From Candidatus Thorarchaeota archaeon (GTDB taxonomy: Archaea > Asgardarchaeota > Thorarchaeia > Thorarchaeales > Thorarchaeaceae), in contig JAGSHN010000005.1 in NCBI GenBank assembly GCA_029855935.1, positions 44,049-108,048 of the forward strand: a DNA stretch of 64,000 nt, given 5' to 3'. Of the stretch, positions 56,463 to 64,000 are shown piece by piece. The notes below the pieces were generated by a model that saw nothing but the letters and a program-made list of their open reading frames with translations, ran no database searches and was not told where the DNA came from. Every line of letters begins with the position of its first letter. Positions within the stretch are counted from its first letter, which is position 1. The position numbers were made by a program, and so were the translations under genes.

Positions 56463-58028
56463 CTAGTCCTCAGCATCACCCTTGCGATAGGACTCGGCCA
56501 ACAGGTCTGGCAGATACCTTGTCGCGATGTCTGTGCCCTTTAGAATGTCCCGAATCTGGATTGTGCAGAAGGGGCACTCGGTTGCGACCATGTCAGCACC
56601 AGTGGCTTCGATGTAGCCCCGTTTTCGGGCGGCAATCTTCATGGAGATCTCACGTTGACCCGCACGGACACCTCCACCTGCACCACAGCACCGATTCTTG
56701 TACGGGTCGTCGATGTATTCAACGCCCGGAATCATCTGCAGGAGTTCGATGGGCTGCTCGACAACCCCCTGACCACGGCCGAGATGGCAGGGCTCGTGGT
56801 AGGTCACTCTCAGATTGACCTCACCCTTCGGTGGGACTATGTTGTCCTTTCCGAGAACATCAATCAGGTATTCGGCGAGGTCGTACACCTTGAACTTCGG
56901 TGGCTCGCCGCGCTCGCTCTCAATGAAGGGACGATGATCCTCGCGGAGCGTCTTTCCACAGCCTGCACAGGCGACGACAACTGTGTCGAGGTCATACTCT
57001 TCCATCACTCTCTCGAATATCTCCGTCACACGCCGTGCAGCATCGTGGGCGGTTTCAAGATCGCCAGTACGGAAGGCAGGGCTCGCGCAGCACCACTGCT
57101 CCTTCGGCACAATCACATCAATACCGTTACGATTTAGTACCTCAATGAGCGAGCGGCCCGTGTCCTGCATCCTGTAGTCAATCAGACATCCTGTGAAGAA
57201 AGCAACACGGCCCCGTGGGTTCTCGACCAGAAACTCCTCAGACTCCAGACTCTTCAGAAGGGGAGTGTCCTTCTCTGGGACAGAACGGCCAGTCCGGTTT
57301 ATGCTATCGATGAAGCCCTGCTGACCCTCCACCAGTGGGTAGCCGGCCTCGACAGCCTTTGCCCGCAGCAACTCCACAGCCAAGCTGGGAATCTTGATGT
57401 GTTTCGGACAGCTGTCCTCGCACATCTTGCAGGTGGTGCACATGTAGACTGCCTCATCAAGAGCCATACTGATACGGTCCTCCACGTCGCGCGGGTCCAT
57501 CTCAAGACGTGCCAGCTGGCGGATTATCATGGGACCGGCATAGTCCCAAGTTTCGCGCACAACAGGGCAGTTGGACAGACAGGCACTGCACTCTATGCAC
57601 TTCCGCAACTCTCGAACAATCTCAATGTCCTGCTGATGGATTATCTCGGGACGTGGTGCAGGCTTGTCCCGCGCAACGTATGGACGCACACGGGTCAATC
57701 GTGCCTGAGTCCGTGACATATCCACGACGAGGTCCTTGATCACCGGCATCTTCTCAAGAGGCTCTAGAACGAGATCTTGGTCTGGGTCGACCTTGGCACG
57801 ACATGCGAGACGTGCTATAGTGTTCACCCTGACGGCACAAGAACCACACTGACCACCTCGACACTCCCATCGGAAGGCAAGGCTGGAGTCGTACTTATCT
57901 TGAATGTAGAGGAGGGCGTCGAGAACAGTCATCCCGGGCTCGTACTCAACGTCAAACTCTTGGAAGTGGGGAGCATCATCAATATCGGGGTTGTATCGCA
58001 GAACCTTTGCCTTGAACGTTCTTGCCAC
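56463..58028 (-). CDS. tfrB: Thiol:fumarate reductase subunit B (SdhB-like Fe-S domain + two CCG domains)
   Basis: CRGGQCGSC, CIECSAC, CTTCKMC; FTGC, WCCA, YHEPCHL, CCGAGGG, CPFC; GTG start behind GGAGG. Confidence 0.88.
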   Translation of the reverse strand: MARTFKAKVLRYNPDIDDAPHFQEFDVEYEPGMTVLDALLYIQDKYDSSLAFRWECRGGQCGSCAVRVNTIARLACRAKVDPDQDLVLEPLEKMPVIKDLVVDMSRTQARLTRVRPYVARDKPAPRPEIIHQQDIEIVRELRKCIECSACLSNCPVVRETWDYAGPMIIRQLARLEMDPRDVEDRISMALDEAVYMCTTCKMCEDSCPKHIKIPSLAVELLRAKAVEAGYPLVEGQQGFIDSINRTGRSVPEKDTPLLKSLESEEFLVENPRGRVAFFTGCLIDYRMQDTGRSLIEVLNRNGIDVIVPKEQWCCASPAFRTGDLETAHDAARRVTEIFERVMEEYDLDTVVVACAGCGKTLREDHRPFIESERGEPPKFKVYDLAEYLIDVLGKDNIVPPKGEVNLRVTYHEPCHLGRGQGVVEQPIELLQMIPGVEYIDDPYKNRCCGAGGGVRAGQREISMKIAARKRGYIEATGADMVATECPFCTIQIRDILKGTDIATRYLPDLLAESYRKGDAED

Positions 58029-58043
58029 TGGTATCGCCTCCAA

Positions 58044-59732
58044 CTATGGCGGATTCATCCGCGTGATGACGAGCGGCACCTTCTGGAGTTCCATCTCTCC
58101 ATCCTCACCCTTCCGGATGACAATGTTGTAGTTGCCGTCGTCGTTCGGGTCAGCATCAGTGCGATAGTGCGCACCACGGCTGCCCTTTCTCATCAGTGCT
58201 GCCTCGGTTACCATCCGGGCAGTGATCACCATATGGCCAAACTCAATTGCTTGATGCCATCCAGGGTTAAAGCGCCTGATTGGCACATCCACCTTGATCT
58301 TGGGAACAACCTCTCTCTCAATGCGGCGGAGCTCTCTGACGGCGTACTGAAGGTCTTCCTCATTGCGGAAGATCTGCACCTTCTCCCACATCAGCGTTGT
58401 CAGTTCCTCGCGAGCATCGGCAGGAGAGATTCCCTCTTTGCGCTCGAGCATAGCCTGAAGCCGCTCGAACTCGCTCTGAACCTCAGACCTATCAAAGCCG
58501 GGCAGGTCGTGCTCCAGAGCGAAGAGCGCTGCATTCTTTCCGGCGAGAGCACCGAACACTTGCGTGTCAGCCAGTGCATTTCCTCCGAGGCGGTTTCCGC
58601 CGTGGACACCACCAGTACACTCGCCAGCAGCAAACAGACCGGGGATGGTCGATTGGGCATTCGTGTCAATCCTGATTCCGCCCATAAAGTGATGAGCTGT
58701 CGGGGAAACCTGCATTGGCTCCTCACGGATGTCCACACCCGCATCCTCAAACTGCTCAATCATGCTCTCTAGACGAAACTCAATCACAGAACGAGGTAGG
58801 TGAGCAATACTCAGATACACACCGCCATCTGGTGTGCCTCGGCCCTCTAGGACCTCTGTCATTATTGAACGTGCGACTTGGTCCCGGCCCGCAAGCTCCA
58901 TCACCTGTGGGTAGTAGCGGCTCATAAACCGCTCACCGCGATTGTTCAGCAGAATACCACCCTCACCACGGACAGCCTCTGTGACAAGACGGCCCTTGGC
59001 CGACTCGGGTTTGACCATGCCGGTGGGGTGGAACTGAACCATCTCCATGTCTATCAGCTCGCAGCCCGCCTCATAGGCCATGGCGTAGCCGTCTCCGACA
59101 TCGAGCTGGGCGTTGCTCGTGACCTTGAAGATTCGTCCTGCGCCGCCAGTCGCCATCACGACAGACTTTGCTCTGAAGACAAGGTAGTCACCGTGCCTCA
59201 TGTCAATGGCAGTCACACCAGCAATACGTCCGTCGTGAACCAGAAGCTTGGTCGCAAAGACCTCATCAAACACACGTACAGAGGTCCTACGAATTGCCTC
59301 CACAAGCGTGACCATAATCTCAGAGCCTGTACGGTCGGACGCATACGCAGTTCGACGGTAGCTCTGTTTTCCAAAGGGGCGCTGCGCAATCTTGCCCTCA
59401 GGTGTTCGGTCGAAGACTGCGCCCATCTCCTCAAGGTCGTATATTCGCTCAGGTGCATCGTGAACCAGAATCTCGACAAGCTCTTGGTTGTTGAGGTAGT
59501 TTCCGCCAACTACTGTGTCACGAAAATGAACGTCAGGGTTGTCGTCGGGGTCGACATTTCCGATTGCAACGTTGTATCCGCCCTCGGCCATGGAGGTGTG
59601 CGCCTTGCCGACAAGCTCCTTGCTAATCATGACAACATCCACGTTATGCTTTGCTGCCTCAATTGCCGCGCGGCAGCCAGCACCACCAGCACCGACAACG
59701 AGGACATCACAGACGATGGTCTTGTACTCCAA
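58044..59732 (-). CDS. tfrA: Thiol:fumarate reductase flavoprotein subunit A
   Basis: GAGGAG, HTSMAEGG, QFHPT, TEAVRGEG, HHFMGG, HGGNRLGGN, SRGAHYR. Confidence 0.9.
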   Translation of the reverse strand: MEYKTIVCDVLVVGAGGAGCRAAIEAAKHNVDVVMISKELVGKAHTSMAEGGYNVAIGNVDPDDNPDVHFRDTVVGGNYLNNQELVEILVHDAPERIYDLEEMGAVFDRTPEGKIAQRPFGKQSYRRTAYASDRTGSEIMVTLVEAIRRTSVRVFDEVFATKLLVHDGRIAGVTAIDMRHGDYLVFRAKSVVMATGGAGRIFKVTSNAQLDVGDGYAMAYEAGCELIDMEMVQFHPTGMVKPESAKGRLVTEAVRGEGGILLNNRGERFMSRYYPQVMELAGRDQVARSIMTEVLEGRGTPDGGVYLSIAHLPRSVIEFRLESMIEQFEDAGVDIREEPMQVSPTAHHFMGGIRIDTNAQSTIPGLFAAGECTGGVHGGNRLGGNALADTQVFGALAGKNAALFALEHDLPGFDRSEVQSEFERLQAMLERKEGISPADAREELTTLMWEKVQIFRNEEDLQYAVRELRRIEREVVPKIKVDVPIRRFNPGWHQAIEFGHMVITARMVTEAALMRKGSRGAHYRTDADPNDDGNYNIVIRKGEDGEMELQKVPLVITRMNPP

Positions 59733-59917
59733 CTGCAGGCCTCCGATTGATGGCTCAATCGTCTGCCCCGCATCGCATTCGGTTTAAAGTTGTTACTGTT
59801 TGCGGCCAGAAACGACAGGGCCTCTCGTGAGTGCTACCTCTAGGCCTAGTTATGGACATCCGAGCTATGTCTATATTCATCTTGATCAGATGTATCATAG
59901 TGTCAGGGGGTCAGTGG

Positions 59918-60019
59918 ATGAAAGCAGGGGACATTCTGCTGGGGATAGCCCTGTTCGTAGTGATACTGGTGATCCTATACGGCATATCAATACAGGTACT
60001 TAGCGCCCTTGGGCGATAG
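59918..60019 (+). CDS. Possible 33-aa single-pass membrane peptide
   Basis: MKAGDILLGIALFVVILVILYGISIQVLSALGR; GGGGT upstream; hairpin downstream. Confidence 0.45.
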   Translation: MKAGDILLGIALFVVILVILYGISIQVLSALGR

Positions 60020-60075
60020 ATGACTGAGTTCAGCCTCAAGAGAAGTGGGCAGCAATGTTCGTCTGGCGGAAATAG

Positions 60076-60098
60076 GGGCGGCAGAGAGCCTGTCGCCC
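60076..60098. terminator. GC-rich hairpin downstream of the fumarase beta gene
   Basis: GGGCGGCAG-AGAGC-CTGTCGCCC (9 bp including one G-U). Confidence 0.4.
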
Positions 60099-60120
60099 AC
60101 TTACCCCAGTCTGACTGCTT

Positions 60121-60729
60121 TCACTCGGAGATGCCAATCTTGGCATAGACCTCTGAGCGTACAGACGCCACCTTCCTGTCCATCTCATCGTGGAGGCTGT
60201 TGCCGTGGGAGTCCATGGTGACCAGAAGTGGACCGAAGTTCTCTGCAGTGATCACCCACAGAGCCTCAGGCATTCCCAAGTCCCGCCATTCATAGGCACG
60301 TACCTCCTTCAGCCCTCTTGCAGCGAGAGCCCCACAGCCTCCAGTGAAGCTGCAGTACACGGCACCAACCTCCTTCAGTGCCTCGAGTGTCTTGGGGCCC
60401 ATTCCACCCTTCCCGATTATGATTCGGGGCTTGTACTTGCGGAGGAACTCCGCCTCGAACAGCTCCATCCTGATGCTCGTTGTGGGACCAGCTGATACAA
60501 TCTGCCACTTCCCGTCTATCTGTCTGGCCACAGGCCCGACATGATACACGACGCTGCCCTCGAACTCGACAGGGGGTTTCTCGCCCTTCTCGTATAGTTC
60601 GAGCGCCCTCTGGTGCGCCTCATCTCTTGCAGTATAGACATGCTCACCGGACACGTAGACGATATCGCCCACTCTTAGTCTTCGAGCCTCCTCTTCCGAG
60701 ATTGGAGTTGTCAGATGATACTCAGCCAT
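60121..60729 (-). CDS. Class I fumarate hydratase, beta subunit
   Basis: TARDEAH, AGPTTSIRME, IGKGGM, LGMPEA, DSHGN. Confidence 0.92.
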   Translation of the reverse strand: MAEYHLTTPISEEEARRLRVGDIVYVSGEHVYTARDEAHQRALELYEKGEKPPVEFEGSVVYHVGPVARQIDGKWQIVSAGPTTSIRMELFEAEFLRKYKPRIIIGKGGMGPKTLEALKEVGAVYCSFTGGCGALAARGLKEVRAYEWRDLGMPEALWVITAENFGPLLVTMDSHGNSLHDEMDRKVASVRSEVYAKIGISE

Positions 60730-60730
60730 T

Positions 60731-61618
60731 CTACCTTCCCTCCAGCGGATGAGTGACGTACTGTACCTCCAAGTCCTTCGTGATTGTGGCCGTGCTGCGA
60801 CGAGCGGCCCAGCACTGAACAGCAACGCCGACAGGTAGACTTGCAGGGTGACGCATTGCATAGTCCACCTTCACACCCAGCACGGTGGTATCGCCCCCAA
60901 GACCCATTGGGCCAATGCCTGTAGCATTTAGTGCCTCATATAGTTCCTCCTCAATCTTTGCAATCTCCGGGTCGGGATGCCGATCATTCAGCGGACGCAA
61001 AAGCTGTTGCTTAGCAATCTTCATCGCAATGTCGGATCCTCCACCAATTCCGACACCGATGATGTTTGGTGCACATGCCTTCCCCATATAGCTCATTGCA
61101 TTGTCAACGACCAGTTTCTTGACGCCCTTAAGGCCGACCCCGGGCTTGAGCATTCCTAAGATAGACACATTCTCGCTGCCGCCCCCCTTGGGAAATGCAG
61201 TTATCTCCAGCGAGTCACCGGGGACGAGCTCCCAGTTGATCCACGGAATCTTCTCGCCCGTGTTGTTCCCTGAGTTGCCACCTACAATCGGGTTGACGGC
61301 ATTCGGACGCAGAGGGACCTTCTCGGTGGCCGTGATGGTTGCCTTGGTCAGCGCGTCGCGTATCGCTCCGAGATGGGGAAACTCGTATCCGGCCTTGACG
61401 TAGAAGATTATTATCCCAGTGTCCTGGCACATAGGAATGCCGCCCTTTGCTAGCTCGATGTTCTTCAGGATCGCCTCAAACTGTGTCTTGGCAGTCGGGT
61501 TGGTTTCTCGCGCATAGGCAGAACGCAGTGCCTCCTCAACATCGGCAGGAAGGACTGTCGCTGCCATCTGCAGCAGACGAACGGTCGTATCGTGAATGAC
61601 TTGAGCAGGATCTTTCAT
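60731..61618 (-). CDS. Class I fumarate hydratase, alpha subunit
   Basis: PMCQDTG, KGGGSEN, GIGPMGLGG, HPASLPV, CWAAR. Confidence 0.92.
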   Translation of the reverse strand: MKDPAQVIHDTTVRLLQMAATVLPADVEEALRSAYARETNPTAKTQFEAILKNIELAKGGIPMCQDTGIIIFYVKAGYEFPHLGAIRDALTKATITATEKVPLRPNAVNPIVGGNSGNNTGEKIPWINWELVPGDSLEITAFPKGGGSENVSILGMLKPGVGLKGVKKLVVDNAMSYMGKACAPNIIGVGIGGGSDIAMKIAKQQLLRPLNDRHPDPEIAKIEEELYEALNATGIGPMGLGGDTTVLGVKVDYAMRHPASLPVGVAVQCWAARRSTATITKDLEVQYVTHPLEGR

Positions 61619-61788
61619 CCTAGTTCAGCCTCCTGGCTGTGTACGGATGTCGGGGAACTAGCCCCCGGCTGTGTGCGTTGACCATATATGCCCCTAATCT
61701 GTCTTGCTGTCTGGAGACCTGCTCCCGTTGGTCACGGCTGCACGGCGGCCACAGCAAGAGCAGGTAGACACAGATTGTGTGATGGACA

Positions 61789-62268
61789 TTGCTCCAAGCG
61801 TTGGTACTCTTTGCATGCAGCGTGGTTGTGCTCGCAGTGGCCAGTGTCACGGACCTTAGAGATAGAACTGTACCAAACTGGCTGTCAGCCACTGCAATGA
61901 CAGCAGGAGCGAGTCTCTCAATTCTCACTGGTGACCTCTTTCTGAGGCTTCCGGTCTACATATCAACCATCTTGTTCGTACTGCTCATCGCGTACGTCCT
62001 GTTCCGAATCGGCGCCCTAGGCGGGGGGGATGCCAAGATCCTACTTGCTGTTGCCATTATCAGCCCCGGCACGGTGTTCGTCGAAGTCGATTCCGCATTG
62101 GCCCTCCTAGAGGGAGTGGTCCCCTTCGGTCTGATGCTAGTGTTGACTCTTGGTATGGGTCACATCTATCACCGAATGAGCAACTCAAGCCAGCAGACGC
62201 CGCTTGTACCATTAATGCTCTTGTCTTATCTTATGGTACAGCTCTTCCCCATAGTGCTTTGGCTCTGA
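61789..62268 (+). CDS. A24-family prepilin/preflagellin peptidase (minimal)
   Basis: SVTDLRDRTVPN and GGGDAK catalytic aspartate motifs. Confidence 0.85.
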   Translation: MLQALVLFACSVVVLAVASVTDLRDRTVPNWLSATAMTAGASLSILTGDLFLRLPVYISTILFVLLIAYVLFRIGALGGGDAKILLAVAIISPGTVFVEVDSALALLEGVVPFGLMLVLTLGMGHIYHRMSNSSQQTPLVPLMLLSYLMVQLFPIVLWL

Positions 62269-62297
62269 CTGCGTGACATAGATGCCAGATAGCAGTG

Positions 62298-63017
62298 TCA
62301 CGTGAGGGGATCGCCGATATGTATCCCATCACCCTCAATTGTCAACTCGTGCCACCTCAGGGAGTGGGACGTGTGACGCATCTTCCAGACGACTATGCTT
62401 CTCCGGAGAGATAGATTGGTCATATCAAGGTGGAGTATCACTAGACCCTGTGCGACATGATGCCCGGCCGTGGGCTGGGAGAGCACGCCGTTCGGTGGTG
62501 TGTCGGATATCAATAGTGATGTCAGACCGAGTTCGTTGAGGAGCGCACTTATTCTCAGGACCTCGCCCCTCACTACCGAGGGGGTCGTCGAGGGGAGGTT
62601 CAGTGCAGAGAAACTATCGATTGTCAGACGTTTTGCACCAGATTCATTGACGACAGTATAGATCTCCTCCGCGAGCGTTGCTAGGTCGAATCCACGACGC
62701 AATGCGTGTTTTTCGGATGTGGGGAGACCAGCCCGATTTGACGCGGCATCGATTATGACAAACTTCCCGTCGGCCTCAAGTCTTGACAGGTCCCATCCGA
62801 AGGTGGTTGCTGTCCGTCTCACCTCCTGAGGCCTAGACTCAAGAGTGACAAGGACCCCGGGCTCATCGTATAGGTCTGCCCCTTTGTACAGATACTGCAG
62901 TCCAAAGATCGACTTTCCCGAGCCTGTTGGTCCCACGACCATTGTGGAGACGCCCCTGGGAAGGCCCCCGTCAACAAGGGCATCGAAACCCGGGATTCCC
63001 GTCTTTGCACGGGTCAT
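62298..63017 (-). CDS. Single-domain KaiC-like RecA-superfamily ATPase
   Basis: TGIPGFDAL.GGLP, GPTGSGKS, LTIDS, KMRHTSHS. Confidence 0.9.
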   Translation of the reverse strand: MTRAKTGIPGFDALVDGGLPRGVSTMVVGPTGSGKSIFGLQYLYKGADLYDEPGVLVTLESRPQEVRRTATTFGWDLSRLEADGKFVIIDAASNRAGLPTSEKHALRRGFDLATLAEEIYTVVNESGAKRLTIDSFSALNLPSTTPSVVRGEVLRISALLNELGLTSLLISDTPPNGVLSQPTAGHHVAQGLVILHLDMTNLSLRRSIVVWKMRHTSHSLRWHELTIEGDGIHIGDPLT

Positions 63018-63550
63018 TGCCTGTCACTTCCACTGGGTGGCGGTCCAGCAATCTCCCAACCCTTCACTATCGAGCTGAGCGGGGTCAATGAAACCTCGAC
63101 TATGTCAGGGCGCTTCCTCAGAGACTCCACAGTCTTCTCGACCCCAGCCTCGTCAGGTGCCACAATGAGTGCATAGAGTGTCATAGGCTCACTGCTCACG
63201 CCAATCCACTGAAATGCATCCTCCGTCGATAGTTCCTCCGCAAGCGTCTGAGTCCTATTGCTGCTGATTGATGGGAGGATGTGGCCGCCAACCTTGATCC
63301 TGACGAGCCCGGCTGCGTTCAGTCCGAGCGCCCGCGGATTGAGTAGCGCGGAGAATCGTGAAACTATCCCGGACTTGAGAAGGCGCCGCGTTCTGAAGTG
63401 AACTGTTGTGTCGGGCTGGTTGAGCTCTCGTGCAATCTGTGTGAATGGGAGGCGTGCATCTCGCTGTAGGATGCGGATAATCTTCCAGTCTAGGTCATCC
63501 ACGGTGGGCCACCCGGGATAGTCTATCAAGGGTAGGCCATGTTGCCCCAT
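63014..63550 (-). CDS. Lrp/AsnC transcriptional regulator
   Basis: DDLDWKIIRILQRDARLPFTQIAREL..TVHFR. Confidence 0.9.
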   Translation of the reverse strand: MGQHGLPLIDYPGWPTVDDLDWKIIRILQRDARLPFTQIARELNQPDTTVHFRTRRLLKSGIVSRFSALLNPRALGLNAAGLVRIKVGGHILPSISSNRTQTLAEELSTEDAFQWIGVSSEPMTLYALIVAPDEAGVEKTVESLRKRPDIVEVSLTPLSSIVKGWEIAGPPPSGSDRQ

Positions 63551-63603
63551 TGACCTATTAAGACTTGCGTGGTTCGCAAAACGTCGCGTGATGATTGAGA
63601 GAT

Positions 63604-63981
63604 TCACAACATGTGGGAGATGATTACCACAAGAAGTCGCTCATACACACGTGCGGGGGCGACAAAGACGTAGATGAGTGTCCAGAGCAAGATCCATAAT
63701 AGAAGGTACGACGCTAGGGAGTCTGTCACCAGTTTCTGGCGGCCACCAATCTCTGACGGGTCTATGTCCATCACGTAGACAATCACGAAGAGTGAGAGTG
63801 TATACACAAGGAATCCAAACAGAACACCTCGCACACCAGCGAAGGCTACTCCATTGAGCCCGCAGACAATTGCGCTGATTGTCGCAAAGAGCATCTTGAC
63901 GTAGAACGACTGATCCTTGGGGCGATCATCCCACCGTCGAAACATCATCTTGAAAGCGGTGCTGAGTCCCATCTTGGCCAC
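63604..63981 (-). CDS. EMC6/Rab5-interacting-protein-like three-TM protein
   Basis: Three TMs ending SLASYLLLWILLWTLIY, like the EMC6 C-terminal TM (F/Y..FWT.LY). Confidence 0.65.
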   Translation of the reverse strand: MAKMGLSTAFKMMFRRWDDRPKDQSFYVKMLFATISAIVCGLNGVAFAGVRGVLFGFLVYTLSLFVIVYVMDIDPSEIGGRQKLVTDSLASYLLLWILLWTLIYVFVAPARVYERLLVVIISHML

Positions 63982-64000
63982 CAGTCAGAGGCATCGTCAA

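Noticed and set aside
57777-59750. Long antisense ORFs (331 and 290 aa; similarly 14583-15503 and 2802-3452)
   Set aside because: Shadow frames of well-supported genes, with no motifs of their own.
1-64000. CRISPR arrays, rRNA, tRNA
   Set aside because: No regularly spaced repeats, cloverleafs or rRNA-like tracts; intergenic gaps are all about 300 nt or shorter.

Overview
Archaeal chromosomal window, very likely from an Asgard archaeon (Thorarchaeia-like). This is inferred from four roadblock genes clustered with a small GTPase, an EMC6-like protein, an RPA32-like protein and archaeal information-processing genes. Most of the window is housekeeping: aIF2-beta (partial), RPA2, FEN1, EF-1beta, Cdc48, Hef, A-type ATPase F/A/B, SRP54, uL16, eL33, eS8, deoxyhypusine synthase, SMC-ScpAB, HypA/HypE, thiol:fumarate reductase and fumarase. 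A more AT-rich accessory block at about 44.9-55.1 kb holds three things. (i) A coupled three-gene operon: MORC-type GHKL ATPase, ParB-HTH-like protein, and PLD-SNF2 helicase, the best candidate for an undescribed defence or chromatin system. (ii) A Dam methylase ending in a PIP-box-like tail identical to one in Hef. (iii) An HTH-methyltransferase with a second, apparently dead methyltransferase copy, transcribed divergently from an EVE-like/PD-(D/E)xK nuclease. No rRNA, tRNA, CRISPR array, integrase or transposase was recognised. All calls come from motif recognition by eye; no searches were run.
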